A DNA stretch of 64,000 nt from Octopus vulgaris (lineage: Eukaryota). This document shows positions 40,450-53,748 of this stretch, piece by piece. Location: the NCBI GenBank assembly GCA_951406725.2, contig OX597818.1, positions 31,434,001 through 31,498,000 of the forward strand. Reading direction: 5' to 3'. The notes beneath the pieces are model-generated. The model saw only the letters and a program-made list of their open reading frames with translations, ran no database searches and was not told the origin of the DNA. The translations under genes were made by a program, and so were the position numbers. Positions within the stretch are counted from its first letter, which is position 1. Each line of letters opens with the position of its first letter.

Positions 40450-40738
40450 TATATATGTACTCATATTTTATTCTTCCGTTAAAGTAAGCTCAACAGAAAA
40501 AGTACTCCATCCAATACGAAATAAATATCATTTTATGCATACAATATAAAGAGACGAGCTACTGATAATTTCTTGGTGTGGAAACATGTGCCTAGGCAAG
40601 ATTTTTATAACATGCCTGAAGGAGAGCCTGAATATTGCTTGGAGACACAAGGTGTATTATAATAACCAGTCTAGACAAGTGTTTTCAAAGAAACTGTTAG
40701 TAGCCCGTACCTTTATAATGTGTACAATAAATAAATAA

Positions 40739-40807
<69 letters not shown>

Positions 40808-40815
40808 CATATAAG

Positions 40816-40849
<34 letters not shown>

Positions 40850-40893
40850 TGCCATACATATAAGTATATATATATACACATACATACATATAA

Positions 40894-41280
40894 GTGCAGG
40901 AGTTGCTGTGTGGTAAGAAGCTTACTTCCCAACCACATGGTTACGGGTTCAGCCCCCACCTCACTGCCTGGTACCTTAGGTGAGTGTCTTCTACTAAAGC
41001 CTCGAGCCGACCAAAGAGTTGTGAGTGCATTTGTTAGATAGAAACAGAAAGACGTCTGTCGTATCTGTGTGTGTGTGTGAGTGTGAGTGTGTGTGTCTGT
41101 GTGTGTGTGTGTGTGTGTGCTTGTGGCTTTGTGTCTATGTTTGTACACGCACTATCGCTTGACAACCGATGTTGGTGTGTTCGCGTCTCCGTATCGTAGC
41201 GGTCTATTTCTTCGACGAAAATGCCCTTTATGGCGGTGCTCCAACATGGCCGCACCCAGGTGTCTGAAACAAGTAAAAGT
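40894..41280 (+). mobile_element. SINE family A, diverged
   Basis: Head GTGCAGGAGTTGCTGTGTGGTAAGAAGC; tail GAAACAAGTAAAAG. Confidence 0.8.
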
Positions 41281-41828
41281 GTTATGCATGGTTCTTTACT
41301 GCCTTAATTCCACCTCTAAGTTCAAGGGTGGCAGACGTAAATCTTAATTTCCAACATTTTAAAACCAAACCAAACTCACACCCAGTCCCCAACACATTCA
41401 TTTGGTACTATGGATCTATAAACCGAGTTGAGGTTTAATTAATCATTACCTAATGCTGTCGACTGGGCTTTTATACAAATTTCTTATGTCATCGAAGCAA
41501 CCCATCAGGAGACTGAGGATATAGTTACTAATATATACTGAAGGCACACTTCAACAGAGCATTTAGGAAAATATACAATCAGCAGCAGCATCCACGATCG
41601 ACAGCAAAAATAAAGATAAAATCCTACAAAAATGGTCTATAGAGCAGCAGAGGAACTACGATTATTAGTCAAATGGTTGTAGAGGCAGACTTGGTCAATA
41701 CAAAAAAGTGAACCACGACCAAGTGTGTTCTGCTCATTTGCCCATAAACAGAGGACCGCTATTTCGCTAATTCATGGAAACAACATTCCCGCAATGATGA
41801 CCCCCGCCACCCCATATACACAAAAATA

Positions 41829-41982
41829 GGTGGGGCAGTGTGGTAAGAAGCTTGCTTCCCAACCACATGGTTCCGAGTTCAGTCCCACTGCGTGAGATCT
41901 TGGGCAGTGTTTTCTATTATAGCCTCCGGTTACCAATGCGTTGTCAGTAGATTTGGTTGATGGAAACTGAAAGAAGCCCGTC

Positions 41983-42031
<49 letters not shown>

Positions 42032-42215
42032 CATACATTTTTGTGTCTATGTTTGACCCTCATCGCTTGACAAACAATGTTGGTGTGTTTACATCCCCAT
42101 AACTTAACGGTTGGGCAGAAGGGTCTGATAGAATTAGTACTAGGCTTACAAAGAATAAGTCTTAGGTTCGACTTATTCGACTAAAACCTCTTAAGGTGGT
42201 GCTCCAGTATGGACT
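41829..42215 (+). mobile_element. SINE family A, diverged
   Basis: Homologous to family A; the flanks (41400-41800, 42240-42750) may be a very old non-LTR element. Confidence 0.75.
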
Positions 42216-43002
42216 AAAATAGGTAAAAAAATTAAAGAATAAAAGATTCCACAAAAGAACACTGCGCTCTCCGGTATTTTCACTGAACCTGAGTTCGGCA
42301 GTTTCAGTGAAGTAACACCCAACATATCGTTAGTGAGGGCTTTCGGCACACCGAACATCATGGTAGCAATAAGTAAAATACAAACATTACTCCGAAGTAC
42401 GTCCCTATATATCCCTATTAGTGGATATGGCGAAACTAAGCTGTGATTTCTTTTAAGGGAATCACAAGACGCCAAAAATATCGTCTATCTCACAGTTTTT
42501 CACGAAAAAATAAATCGCTTGTAGTGGGGAAAAATACAATTAGATTTCTTTAATCCTTAAAGTATCTGATGGCGTGTTGAACTCGAGAATTCTACTCTGC
42601 ATTCTAAATTCTAGCGTGATTCTATGAATCAGAAACTACTTAAACAATTTCTTCACCACTCGGATGACATCTTAAAGATTGTGGGAGAGGACTGAAATAC
42701 AGATGAAGGTCTTCCAAAATGTTCACTGCATTATTTTGTGGTTAAAACTATTTAAATATTGCAGTGTGCAGAGAACTGCGCTGTATTAAGTATTTTCATA
42801 CGAACAGATTAAGCTCAGTAATTGAAAAGGAATCCTCCCAAGCCTGGCAAAGTCATTATTAGCTGTTGCCCGAAATGATGTGCTGAACCCACTTTTGTTT
42901 GTATACGCTAACCACATCACATGTCATAAAGTCTAAATACATGCAGATGACCTAAGATTCTGAAAATTAAAAAAAAACGAGTACTTTACCGAATTAAATT
43001 CC

Positions 43003-43090
<88 letters not shown>

Positions 43091-43091
43091 G

Positions 43092-43129
<38 letters not shown>

Positions 43130-43131
<2 letters not shown>

Positions 43132-43400
43132 ATAATATAAAATCCGTTCTGTCTGTGTGTGTGTCTTCTATGATCTCGGGCATCTTCCATACCGTTGCAC
43201 TCAAATTTGATACGTAGATACCAACGGTACCAGGGCGTGTATAAGTCTTGAAAAAAATTGCAAAAATCGATTCCGAGTGAGAATGCGATCGATAAAGCCG
43301 TGGGAACGTGCATTTGTACGCGCAAGTACATCAGCTGTTTCGATCAATACTACGCGTACGCGAGGAAAATGCACGTGCAGTTTGCGCAAAAAAGCCGGTT
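43130..43400 (+). mobile_element. Possible non-autonomous Helitron-like 5' segment
   Basis: TATAATATAAAATCCGTTCTGTCTGTGTG...CTCAAATTTGATACG pattern typical of such elements; no 3' hairpin/CTAG end identified. Confidence 0.3.
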
Positions 43401-43674
43401 GGCTTGAAATAATGCCACAAAATGCAGTATATTTAAGAGACCAAAAAAGTAAGATGCAAAAGAGATATTTTCTTCAAACTTGGCATGAAGGATGGAAAGA
43501 CTATTTGGCTTCTCAAGAATTTTTTTTTTTGCCTTAACTTCGTTTAACAACACCAAAAATTTTATTGAAATAAAGGCATGCTTAATTATTTTTTAATGAA
43601 AAGAAAACACTGATTGCTTTTTATTCGGCAGATATGATTCAGCACCGTCCATTGAACGGGGGATGTTTTGCTTG

Positions 43675-43746
<72 letters not shown>

Positions 43747-44124
43747 ATTCATAAGGTGAAAGAAAAAATATAATATAGTGCAAATCAGAGAATTTTTAGA
43801 TGATATTCTTCAGAAAAGTGATTGCGTTTAAATGTCCTTATTCTCTTGTACAGGGAGGACCTCTCAGTACATCTAACAACAACAGTCTCAGAAATATCTA
43901 TCAACTAATAACCTTAACTAGAGTGACGGTAACCTCCAATGAATATAGTACGTATGGCTCAGTGGACAAGCATTTGACTCCTCACAGCTTTGCTGTCCAA
44001 AGATCTCATATCATAAATTTTCTGCTATATTACATTGCACAATTGCGCAATTGCACAGTGTCAGTCTGAGTTCGGTTGTTCGTTGGTAAATTTCCTATTC
44101 AATACATAAAAATACACACATATA

Positions 44125-44357
44125 TATTTCTTTACTAACCACAAGGGGCTAAACTCAGAGGGGACAAACAAGGACAGAGAAACGGATTAAGTCGATTACA
44201 TCGACCCCAGTGCGTAACTGGTACTTAATTTATCGAACCCGAAAGGATGAAAGGCAAAGTCGACCTAGGCGGAATTTGAACTCAGAACACAAAGACAGAC
44301 GAAATAACGCTAAGCATTTCGCCCGGCGTGCTAACATTTTTGAAATCTCGCCGCCTT
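44125..44357 (-). mobile_element. SINE family B, tail B1
   Basis: Full-length homology to 5614-5844. Confidence 0.85.
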
Positions 44358-44380
44358 ATACACACACATATAGAGGTATA

Positions 44381-44700
44381 TGTAAACAGTAAAAATAAAT
44401 ACAGACATGGACAAGAACATGAAACATCAAAGAGACGACACAAGAACCACAGGACGGGACATTCGAAGCCCTCAGTCATCAGTCAAGAACCAGATCATCT
44501 TCGCAATTTCGGCTATATATGGGTACAGGAAATAAAAAAAAAACGTACACACAATGAGAAACGAAAACATAAAAACATAAACATAGAAAGCGAAATTTTT
44601 TTTCGAACAGCATAAAGAACATTCCTTTCATCAGTTGTGTCTGTTTCGTTCTACTCTGAGTTTCGAAACTCTCAGAGAGCAATAACGAATGATAACTAAA
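44381..44700 (-). mobile_element. Fused pLTR-like fragments: F-related (44700-44514) plus family G (44513-44381)
   Basis: 44381-44513 is a near-identical reverse complement of 45837-45970; 44514-44700 ends (minus strand) in CCTGTACCCATATA like family F and carries GAAA...CTGATGA. Confidence 0.75.
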
Positions 44701-44951
44701 CATCATAACTGCTCTGCATTGCTGGAATCATCCTGGAATACTCAAATAATTTCTCGTCAGAACAACCATAAATACTACAGCGTTTATACTCTGTGAAAAA
44801 AAAATGTGGCTTCGGAGATTCCCAAACAATGGTACAACGAACTTTCAAAACTACGTAAATCTGTGTTGCTTGACTTGAAAATAAATCGAACATGCAAAAT
44901 ATAACCACACTGCATCATATTGTTTTGCCTCTAGCTAACCTTGCTCTATTT

Positions 44952-45005
<54 letters not shown>

Positions 45006-45061
45006 TATATATATGTATACATATATATATCAGTATATATATATATGTATATACATATATA

Positions 45062-45967
45062 AATCAGCCGAAATTGCTAAGATGATCTGGTTCTTGACTG
45101 ATGACTGAGGGCTTCGAATGTCCCGTCCTGTGGTTCTTGTGTCGTCTCTGTGGTGTTTCATGTTCTTGTCCATGTCTGTAATTATTTTTACTGTTTACAT
45201 ATATAATCGGCGGCTACGTATCCACAATTGTCCTTATACGATAAGTATATTTTTTCTCTAGCATTGATACGATTCTTGATCTGTCTCTTTCTCTCTCTCT
45301 CTCTCCTCCCTTATTCCCCTTCCTTTCTTTCCCTCTCCATCCGTCTTTCCCCCCCCTTCTACGTTTCTCTATCTCTCTCACCTCCAGTCCCCTCGGTCTG
45401 TCTCTTTCTTCTCCTCCCTCGTCCACCTTCTCTCTCTTTTCATCTGTCCCTTTCTCCTGTCTTTTGTTCTCACGTGACCGCTAGCCACTGCTGAGCGCTC
45501 TTTTCGTTCCAGCAGTCGCCGAAGCAACACGTATTTGTTCGTCTCCCTGCGGCCATTAGGCACAACTTCATAAGCCAGCCCTAAACTCAACTCGTCCTGT
45601 CGAAAGACCCTTGTCCTACGTCCTGGTTTTGTTTTGTTTTTTATTTTTACCGTTATTGTTTTTACGTTTTTGTATTCTTATTGGTGTCACGTATTCTGTA
45701 TTTTTGTTCGTGTACTTCGTTCGTTTTCCGTCCTCGTGTTGTATACATTCGAAGCTTTCTTCCAGGGGATCTAATGCGCTTGGCTTAGATTTCCCTTGGC
45801 GGGCTGTCCAAATCGGAGCAATCATCAAGATTAATCAGCCGAAATTGCTAAGATGATCTGGTTCTTGACTGATGACTGAGGGCTTCGAATGTCCCGTCCT
45901 GTGGTTCTTGTGTCGTCTCTGTGGTGTTTCATGTTCTTGTCCATGTCTGTAATTATTTTTACTGTTT

Positions 45968-45970
<3 letters not shown>
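45062..45970 (+). mobile_element. Non-coding element with 138-bp direct terminal repeats (family G), flanked by (TA)n
   Basis: Apparently identical repeats at 45062-45199 and 45833-45970; the interior shares GTCGAAAGACCC and CTAAT..CTT.GCTTAGA motifs with the family H PLE 3' UTR. Confidence 0.8.
45817..45880 (+). ncRNA. Candidate non-circularly permuted hammerhead ribozyme
   Basis: AGCAA-TC-A-TCAAGA ... TCAG-CC-GAAA-TTGCT ... TCTTGA-CTGATGA-CTGA: stem III AGCAAT/ATTGCT, stem I TCAAGA/TCTTGA, stem II TCAG/CTGA. Confidence 0.55.
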
Positions 45971-46022
<52 letters not shown>

Positions 46023-46684
46023 TACGAGTACACACAGAGACACAGGCACACACACACACACACACGGCACACACATACACACGCACACACACACACACAC
46101 GCAAACGACCCTTAGGCTAGTTAAAATGTGTTTGTGACATATTTCAACTTCTCAGGGGGAAATTCACTGCAGTTACCGCCGAAAGCCCGCGTCTGCACAT
46201 GTGGTCTTGAATCCACATACACATTGTGGTCTACAACTGGGGTAACTTATATAGGTCACGCAAGAGAACGGTTAATTATGCATACATACATACATACTTA
46301 CATATACGCATACTGACAAGTACTCACACACACACTCACACACACACATGTACAGAGTGTTCAGTCGAAAAGTCAGAGTGTTTTAGAAATGCATCATATC
46401 AGTGTTGCATGTATTTATAGTAATATAGTAATATTAAAGTGACTGACTATACACCAGAAGCTGAACGGGTGACATGTATTTACTTAACGCAGAAATTACG
46501 TATGCACATGCGCAAACGCACACACATACGTAGAGAAAGGAAGAGAAACACGTACATACAAACACATACATATTGTATACCTACAAATAGGTAGATACAC
46601 ACATATAATTTACATACATACGTACTTATATATATATATATATACACACATATGAGTGTGTATGTGAGTGTGTGTATGTACTTA

Positions 46685-46748
<64 letters not shown>

Positions 46749-47914
46749 CACACATGCATAAGATATGTATAATACATACCTACAGATACAAAACGCTCAT
46801 ACATGTGTGTATGCATTTGTATACACAGTGATACATATATATATATGCACGCATGCAGGTATAGAAGGTTAGAGAGAGAGAGAGGAAGAGAGAGAGAGAT
46901 GGGGGAGGGCGAGGTACATACATATATACACATGCATGCATACTTAGATATGCACAAAGGCATATAAACACATGTCTAGATATCTATGAAAACACACACA
47001 CACACATACTTACACGCATACACACACATACATACAGACAGACATACACACACATTCACATACAGACACACACACACACATACATACAGACACACATACA
47101 CACACATACATAATACAGACATACACACACATTTACATACAAACACACACATACGCACAAAAAAATAGCCCTCGAGGTCTGTAGGTAATGTAAAACTTGA
47201 GAACAACAACCGTGTGAGCTTAGTAAATTTGTGTATTTATCCACCGGGAGCCTGTGAATGATAGGATGGTTTTTTTCCCCCTTAGTTATATAAATAAACA
47301 ATTGCGAATATAGCTGCAATAACAACACCATTTTCAGCAGTGGCACCAACATCGGCAGCAAAAGAAACAATAGTAGCAACAACATTTAAAAAAACAGTAT
47401 TTTAGCAGTAAAAAATGTAAAGGCAACAAACGTAGAATGTTAAAATGATAGGCCTGACATTTTTGTGTTTAAGTGCTTCCATATAATATTTACTCGCGGG
47501 CATTTTTAAGACGTTATCGGCGCTCATTCAACAATTTAGCTGTTCAACGAAACACATCGTTGGCCTCCTTACCGGGTAGCCACCCACAAATACTTTGACC
47601 TTTGCCACCGCTATCAGCATCAGTACCGACGCCATCGTCATACCAACTACTAATACTACCACTACAACTAGTTACAATAGCAGCGGTAGCGGCGGCGGTG
47701 GGGGTGGAACGTTCCAGCCTCCACCGTCATATCACCCACCATGAAGATTTCCCTCATCGTCAGTCAGTTTTATGATCGATACCACCATCCTTAATTACCG
47801 CTAGCAAATCCACCCTTATTACCACCACCATTCCCACACTAATCAGCCTTTATTCTCGACAACATTACACTAAAACTGATAGGCATTACCACAAATCATC
47901 TCTGTCCTCCCTAA

Positions 47915-48825
47915 CCACCACCACCATTAACACTACCGCCGCTGCAACCACCACCACCACCACCGCCCACGCTACCACCACCACCACCACCACCACCACC
48001 GCCGCCACCACCACCACCACCACCAAGAATATTACTGTCAACATCACTATCACATTACCGACACCACATTCGCTACGACCAGTTGAAGCAGCAGATATAA
48101 AATCTACAAACACCACCACTGCCGCCGTCGCTACCACCGTTGCCATCGCTGCCAGAGCTGTCACAATTGCCGTCGTTGTCACTGCTGCCCCCGCTGGTAC
48201 TGCCGCTGCCTCCGCTACCGCCGCTGCCTCCGCTGCCGCCGCTGCCGCCGCTGCCGCCGCTACCGCCGCTGCCGCCGCTGCCTCCGCTGCCGCCGCTGCC
48301 GCCGCTACCGCCGCTACCGCCGCTGCCGCCGCTGCCGCCGCTGCCGCCGCTGCCGCCGCTGCCGCCGCTGCCGCCGCTGCCGCCGCTGCCGCCGCTGCCG
48401 CCGCTGCCGCCGCTTCCGCCGCTGCCGCCGCTACCGCCGCTGCCGCCCCTCCCGCCGCTCCCGCCGCTCCCGCCGCTGCCGCCGCTGCCGCCGCTGCCGC
48501 CGCCGCCGCCGCTACCGCCGCTGCCGCCGCTACCGCCGCTGCCGCCGCTGCCGCCGCTGCCGCCGCTGCCGCCGCTGCCGCCGATGCCGCCGCTACCGCC
48601 GCTGCCGCCGCTGCCGACGCTACCGCCGCTGCCGCCGCTACCGCCGCCGCTGCCGTCGCCGCTACCGGCTCCACTACCGCTGCCGCTACCGCCGCCGCTA
48701 CCGCCGCTACAACCATTGCTACGGCCGTCACCACTACCACCGCCGCCGCCGCTGCCATTGCCGCCGCTACTTCCGCTACCGCAACCACCGCTACCGCTGC
48801 CACCGCTGCAGTCGCTGCCTCCGCT
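47915..48825. repeat. GC-rich (ACC)n/(GCC)n array with 9-bp GCCGCTGCC periodicity
   Basis: Read directly; it produces poly-Ala, (PPL)n and (GGS)n ORFs in different frames. Confidence 0.95.
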
Positions 48826-48828
48826 TCG

Positions 48829-49038
<210 letters not shown>

Positions 49039-49136
49039 AATTGAAAAAGTCGCAAAGTCTGAAACCAGTACTAAAATGTTCTTCCTGATAAAATTTCAGT
49101 ATTTTCTACCTTGTCTTATTTTCCTTATATATATAT

Positions 49137-49196
<60 letters not shown>

Positions 49197-49199
<3 letters not shown>

Positions 49200-49233
49200 T
49201 ACCGGTTTCAGTCTTTGCGACTTTTTCAACTTG
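49197..49233 (-). ncRNA. Minimal hammerhead, U3-A8 variant (inverted mutated copy at 49038-49072 +)
   Basis: Reverse strand AAG-TTGAAAA-AGTC(GCAAA)GACT-GAAA-CCGG-TA-CTT. Confidence 0.65.
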
Positions 49234-49395
49234 TAGTAGAGAATGAAAATCAGTTAAATTGTGGAAAAATTAAATGAAATATTTTTAAAAAGTATTTCCA
49301 TAGTTTTCAATTGCATGAGACATTTTCCTTTTTTTCTGTCTGTCTGTCTCCGTCTCTCTTTTTTACTCATATGAGTTCTAGGTAGTAGGCAGCCG

Positions 49396-49430
<35 letters not shown>

Positions 49431-49774
49431 TTGATATGATTTCTTGTTTTTGATTGTTTAAACAGCAGTAGTAGTAGTTGGGAAAGGAGGCGGCGGCGGC
49501 GGCGGCGGTGGCGAAGAAGAAGTAGAAGAAGAAGAAAAAGAAGAAGAAAGAAGAAGAAGAAGAAGAAGAAGAAGAAGAAGAAGAAGAAGAAGAAGAAAGA
49601 ATAATAGAAATGTAGGAGTGGTATGACAGTAACAGGAATCCGCTTAAATGGTCATGTGACCTAAAACTGACCCGTTGTAGTTGTAATAGTAGTGATTGGA
49701 ATTGTTCTGAATAAAGTCATTTTAAATATTTGCGTGGGTATTATTCTAAAGTACTTGTAATAGTGTCATTTTTG

Positions 49775-49965
49775 GTGGACGCATTCAAAAGGGGTTTATA
49801 TTTTGTAATAAAGTATGACTCTTTACTAATGCGCTGACTACAGGTTGCATCGTCCCTGAATTGATAGAGTGGAAAAATTCCGAAACCCAGTTGTTTGTTA
49901 TTGGCGCAAATGTTGATGTATTCGCTGAATGCTAATTTTCTATATTTCCAAATTTTTTTTTCCAA
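49775..49965 (-). mobile_element. Penelope-like element GIY-YIG C-terminal fragment
   Basis: YRKLAFSEYINICANNK..FGIFPLYQF......RISKESYFITKYKPLLN resembles PLE endonuclease C-termini (R..KE..FI..Y.P.LN). Confidence 0.6.
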
Positions 49966-50042
49966 AAATCTTATCAGTGGCTATCAATATTAAATCAACT
50001 TTTAAGGTGAAAATTATAACAATTATAAATAATTGTTTACTC

Positions 50043-50137
<95 letters not shown>

Positions 50138-50308
50138 ATATAAATACAGTCCGTCGATAGCTTTGCTGGCTGAAACATCGAAGTTACTGTGAATGACATT
50201 CCTGTTTCAGCATAATTTTGTACTCTACAAAAGTATAGAATAACCTGCCCTGTTAATTTAAAATTGGTTTTATTATAATTGAATTCAAAATCAAAGAAGC
50301 ATATTCAT

Positions 50309-50366
<58 letters not shown>

Positions 50367-50368
<2 letters not shown>

Positions 50369-50504
50369 CAAAATAAGCAACAAGGATATCCAAGGTAGAG
50401 TAGTACAATTGTTTCATGCTAAGTACTTACAGTGTTTAATAAAATGAAGTAGCATGAAACAATTGTACTACTCTACCTTGGATATCCTTGTTGCTTATTT
50501 TGAT
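50367..50504. repeat. Perfect 55-bp inverted repeat with 28-bp spacer
   Basis: 50367-50421 is the exact reverse complement of 50450-50504; the arm begins TAGCAT-GAAA-CAATTG-TA. Confidence 0.9.
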
Positions 50505-51300
50505 TATAATCACCCCATTTGATTTATATGGATAATACCATACAAAATTCTGGTGCCTTTAAGTTAAGTACCATATTTTTCTGAATCTAAATTTTGCTGA
50601 ACTTATATATATATTGTATTCATAACAACTTACACATTTTAAAATTTATATTTCTCTTTTGATACCAACCTCTTAAAATAACCTTTTATTCTGGGTATGT
50701 CCAAAATAATAACGGTAGCAGAAGCGCATATAATTGTTTATAAGGCCTAAGCTACACCTTTCTTTTATTTTATACTGAGATATTTTATTCGTGGATACGA
50801 ATGGAATTGAATATTAAAAAATGCCTATGTTATTATATACTGCATATGCATTTAATCATTTATGCGCCTATTTGATGCATAAACAATCTGGAAATGTTTT
50901 TCCGGGTATAAGTATGTGGGTAGATTTTAATAAAATACGTAGATGAATATGTCGTTGTTTGTAGAGAGGTGTCGATGCAAGCACGTGTAATATCGCCACA
51001 TGCGTATTTAATCATCTGCGAGTCTGTAATAATGCAAAATGAAATTTGAAATATTTTCTTTAAAAAATAGTATGTTAGTCTGTAGATTTAAAACACATAA
51101 ATGTGTGCAGAAAAGTACGTATGTAAGCATATATGTGGTACTTTTATACATAATACATACATTGTACCGAATAGCTTAGCTTAATAGCATAATCTGACGA
51201 GAGCACAGACACTAACACAAACATATATTTATATATGTAGTATATATGTGATACGTGTGTGTTTGTGTGTGTGTAGTATATATGTGATATAATACACACA

Positions 51301-51334
<34 letters not shown>

Positions 51335-51525
51335 TATATAAATATATTTGCGCAAATATATTGTTGTGCAATGTTGCGAGCGTGTATGTAAGTATCTATG
51401 TATATACAAATTATTTTCCCACCCCAGAATGCATTAAGAATGCGCCCAGTAATTAATGTATATTTTCTTTTAATATATTTATAATACTTGAATTGTTTAG
51501 TTGATTCAATTAGTACACACAGACA

Positions 51526-51640
<115 letters not shown>

Positions 51641-51747
51641 TATTTCTCTTCCCAAATCTCCCTCTTTTATGAAACTATTTCAGTCTGTCTCTTTCCCTTT
51701 GTCCCGTTCTCTCTCTCCCGTGTCTCTCCCTCTCCCTCTCTGTATAT

Positions 51748-51884
51748 GCTGGAGTGGCTGTGTGGTAAGTAGCTTGCTTACCAACTACATGGTTCCAGGT
51801 TCAGTCCCACTGCGTGGCACTTTGGCCTCAGGCCGACCAGTCTTGTGAATAGATTTGGTAGACGGAAACTGAAAGAAGCCCATC

Positions 51885-51946
<62 letters not shown>

Positions 51947-52148
51947 TTTTTGTGTGTCTGTGTTTGTCCCCACCCCAGCATCGCTTGACACCGATGCTAG
52001 AGTGTTTACCCCGTAACTTAGCGGTTCGCCAAAAGAGGCTGATAGAATAAGTACTAGGCTTACAAATAATGACTCCTGGGGTCGATTTGCTTGACAAAAG
52101 GCGATGCTCCACCATGGTCACAGTCAAATGACTGAAACAAATAAAAAA
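51748..52148 (+). mobile_element. SINE family A with internal deletion
   Basis: Homologous to family A. Confidence 0.85.
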
Positions 52149-52149
52149 A

Positions 52150-52195
<46 letters not shown>

Positions 52196-52220
52196 AGGTT
52201 TGGAGATGATGTACAGGTAT

Positions 52221-52408
52221 TATATATTAGAAAAAGTCAGGTAATCAGATCGGATGGTTCATATTTATAGATATTTATTTATATATTACATTTTTTACAT
52301 ATATATCATATCATTCAGATCGATCTGAATGATATGATATATATGTAAAAAATGTAATATATAAATAAATATCTATAAATATGAACCATCCGATCTGATT
52401 ACCTCATT

Positions 52409-52422
<14 letters not shown>
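52221..52422. repeat. Long spacer-less palindrome
   Basis: Centre between 52321 and 52322 (CAGATC|GATCTG); arms perfect for 83 bp (52239-52404) and near-perfect beyond. Confidence 0.9.
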
Positions 52423-52461
<39 letters not shown>

Positions 52462-52518
52462 GTGTGCGCGTGTATACTCACACACACATACACACAGAAG
52501 CATGTACACATAAATATA

Positions 52519-53748
52519 CGAGGTTGTACAGAAAGTAATGAGAACCTGGGTATGAATTTTTTATTAATTCACATGGGACGTTTAATTGCACATGTTAGTG
52601 ATTAAACGTCCTGTGTTTCTTAATTACTGTCAAATAATGAATTCGAAATGGAAGCTACTTAGCTGTCACCGCGATCTTGTAAAAAGTGTGGGGTATGCTG
52701 TCCGATATCCACAAAAAGCTACAGATTGTTTATACAGATGACATGGTTCATATGGGCAATGTGCACGGATTGATGAAGATGGTTAAAAAAGGGAAAACCA
52801 GCATTGAAGAAAAGTCAAGCAGTAAGAGACCATCAATTGCAAACTCTGACGCGAATCGCCAACAAGTGGACAAAGTGCTTTGATCGGATGTAAGATTCCT
52901 AATCTGTGGGCTTGTTACATATCTGGACTTTATCCATAATGCATTACAGAAGATAGTGAAAGACCCTGTCGGAAAGTGAGTGCAAAGTAAGTACCTCAAT
53001 TTGTGGGAGAGAAGAATGTATGTCTGCTCTGATGACCGAGGAAAATTTGACGCCGACGGGCATAGGTTGTTTTTACCTTCTGTGCTAAGGAATGAAATGT
53101 GACTGCATCTTTATGATCCAGAAATGAATGTTAAGACCACGGAATGGTGTCATATTTCTTTTCCAAGTACTAAGAATTTCAAGAACATGCAATCGGCACA
53201 GGAAATTGATGATGAGTGTTTTTTTCCGGATGATAAACGTATTCCTGATTTTCTGGAACATAGTAGTGCTATCAATAGCGAATGATAAACCGAAACACTG
53301 AAAATGATTAGAAGGAACAAGCCGAACAAGTGTCTGAACATGAGATACGTTCTCTATGGCAATGCGCGGCCAAACAGAACTTTGACAAAAAAATTAGGCG
53401 ACCGGCAAATAGGGTTAGTCATTGGTCTCCTATCCACCATATAGCTCAGATCTGGCGCCCTTCGCCCGTCAGATGATTGGTCCAATGCTTCAGTGTAAGG
53501 CAGTCTTCGGAGACAACGATTTGATGACATAGACAAGGTAAAAGTGGCTGCACACAGAAAGTATTCAAAGAAGATTCGAAACTTGAGCTCCGCGATGTCA
53601 CAAATGTAGTACTTACAATGGAGGCTATTATTAAGTTGTAGCTTTGTATAGTGAATGAGATACTCTATCGACATATGCAATTTTGAACCACCTATGCGAA
53701 TTAATTAAAAACTTATGCCCACTTTTGCATTACTTTCGGTTCAACCCT
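52519..53748 (+). mobile_element. Near full-length degraded mariner (DD34D) transposon
   Basis: TIRs TACGAGGTTGTACAGAAAGTAATG and CATTACTTTCGGTTCAACCCTTA; pseudo-ORF motifs IHKKLQIVY, KKGKTSIEEKSSSKRPS, LHLYDPE...EWCH, YGNARP and YPPYSSDLAP. Confidence 0.85.
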
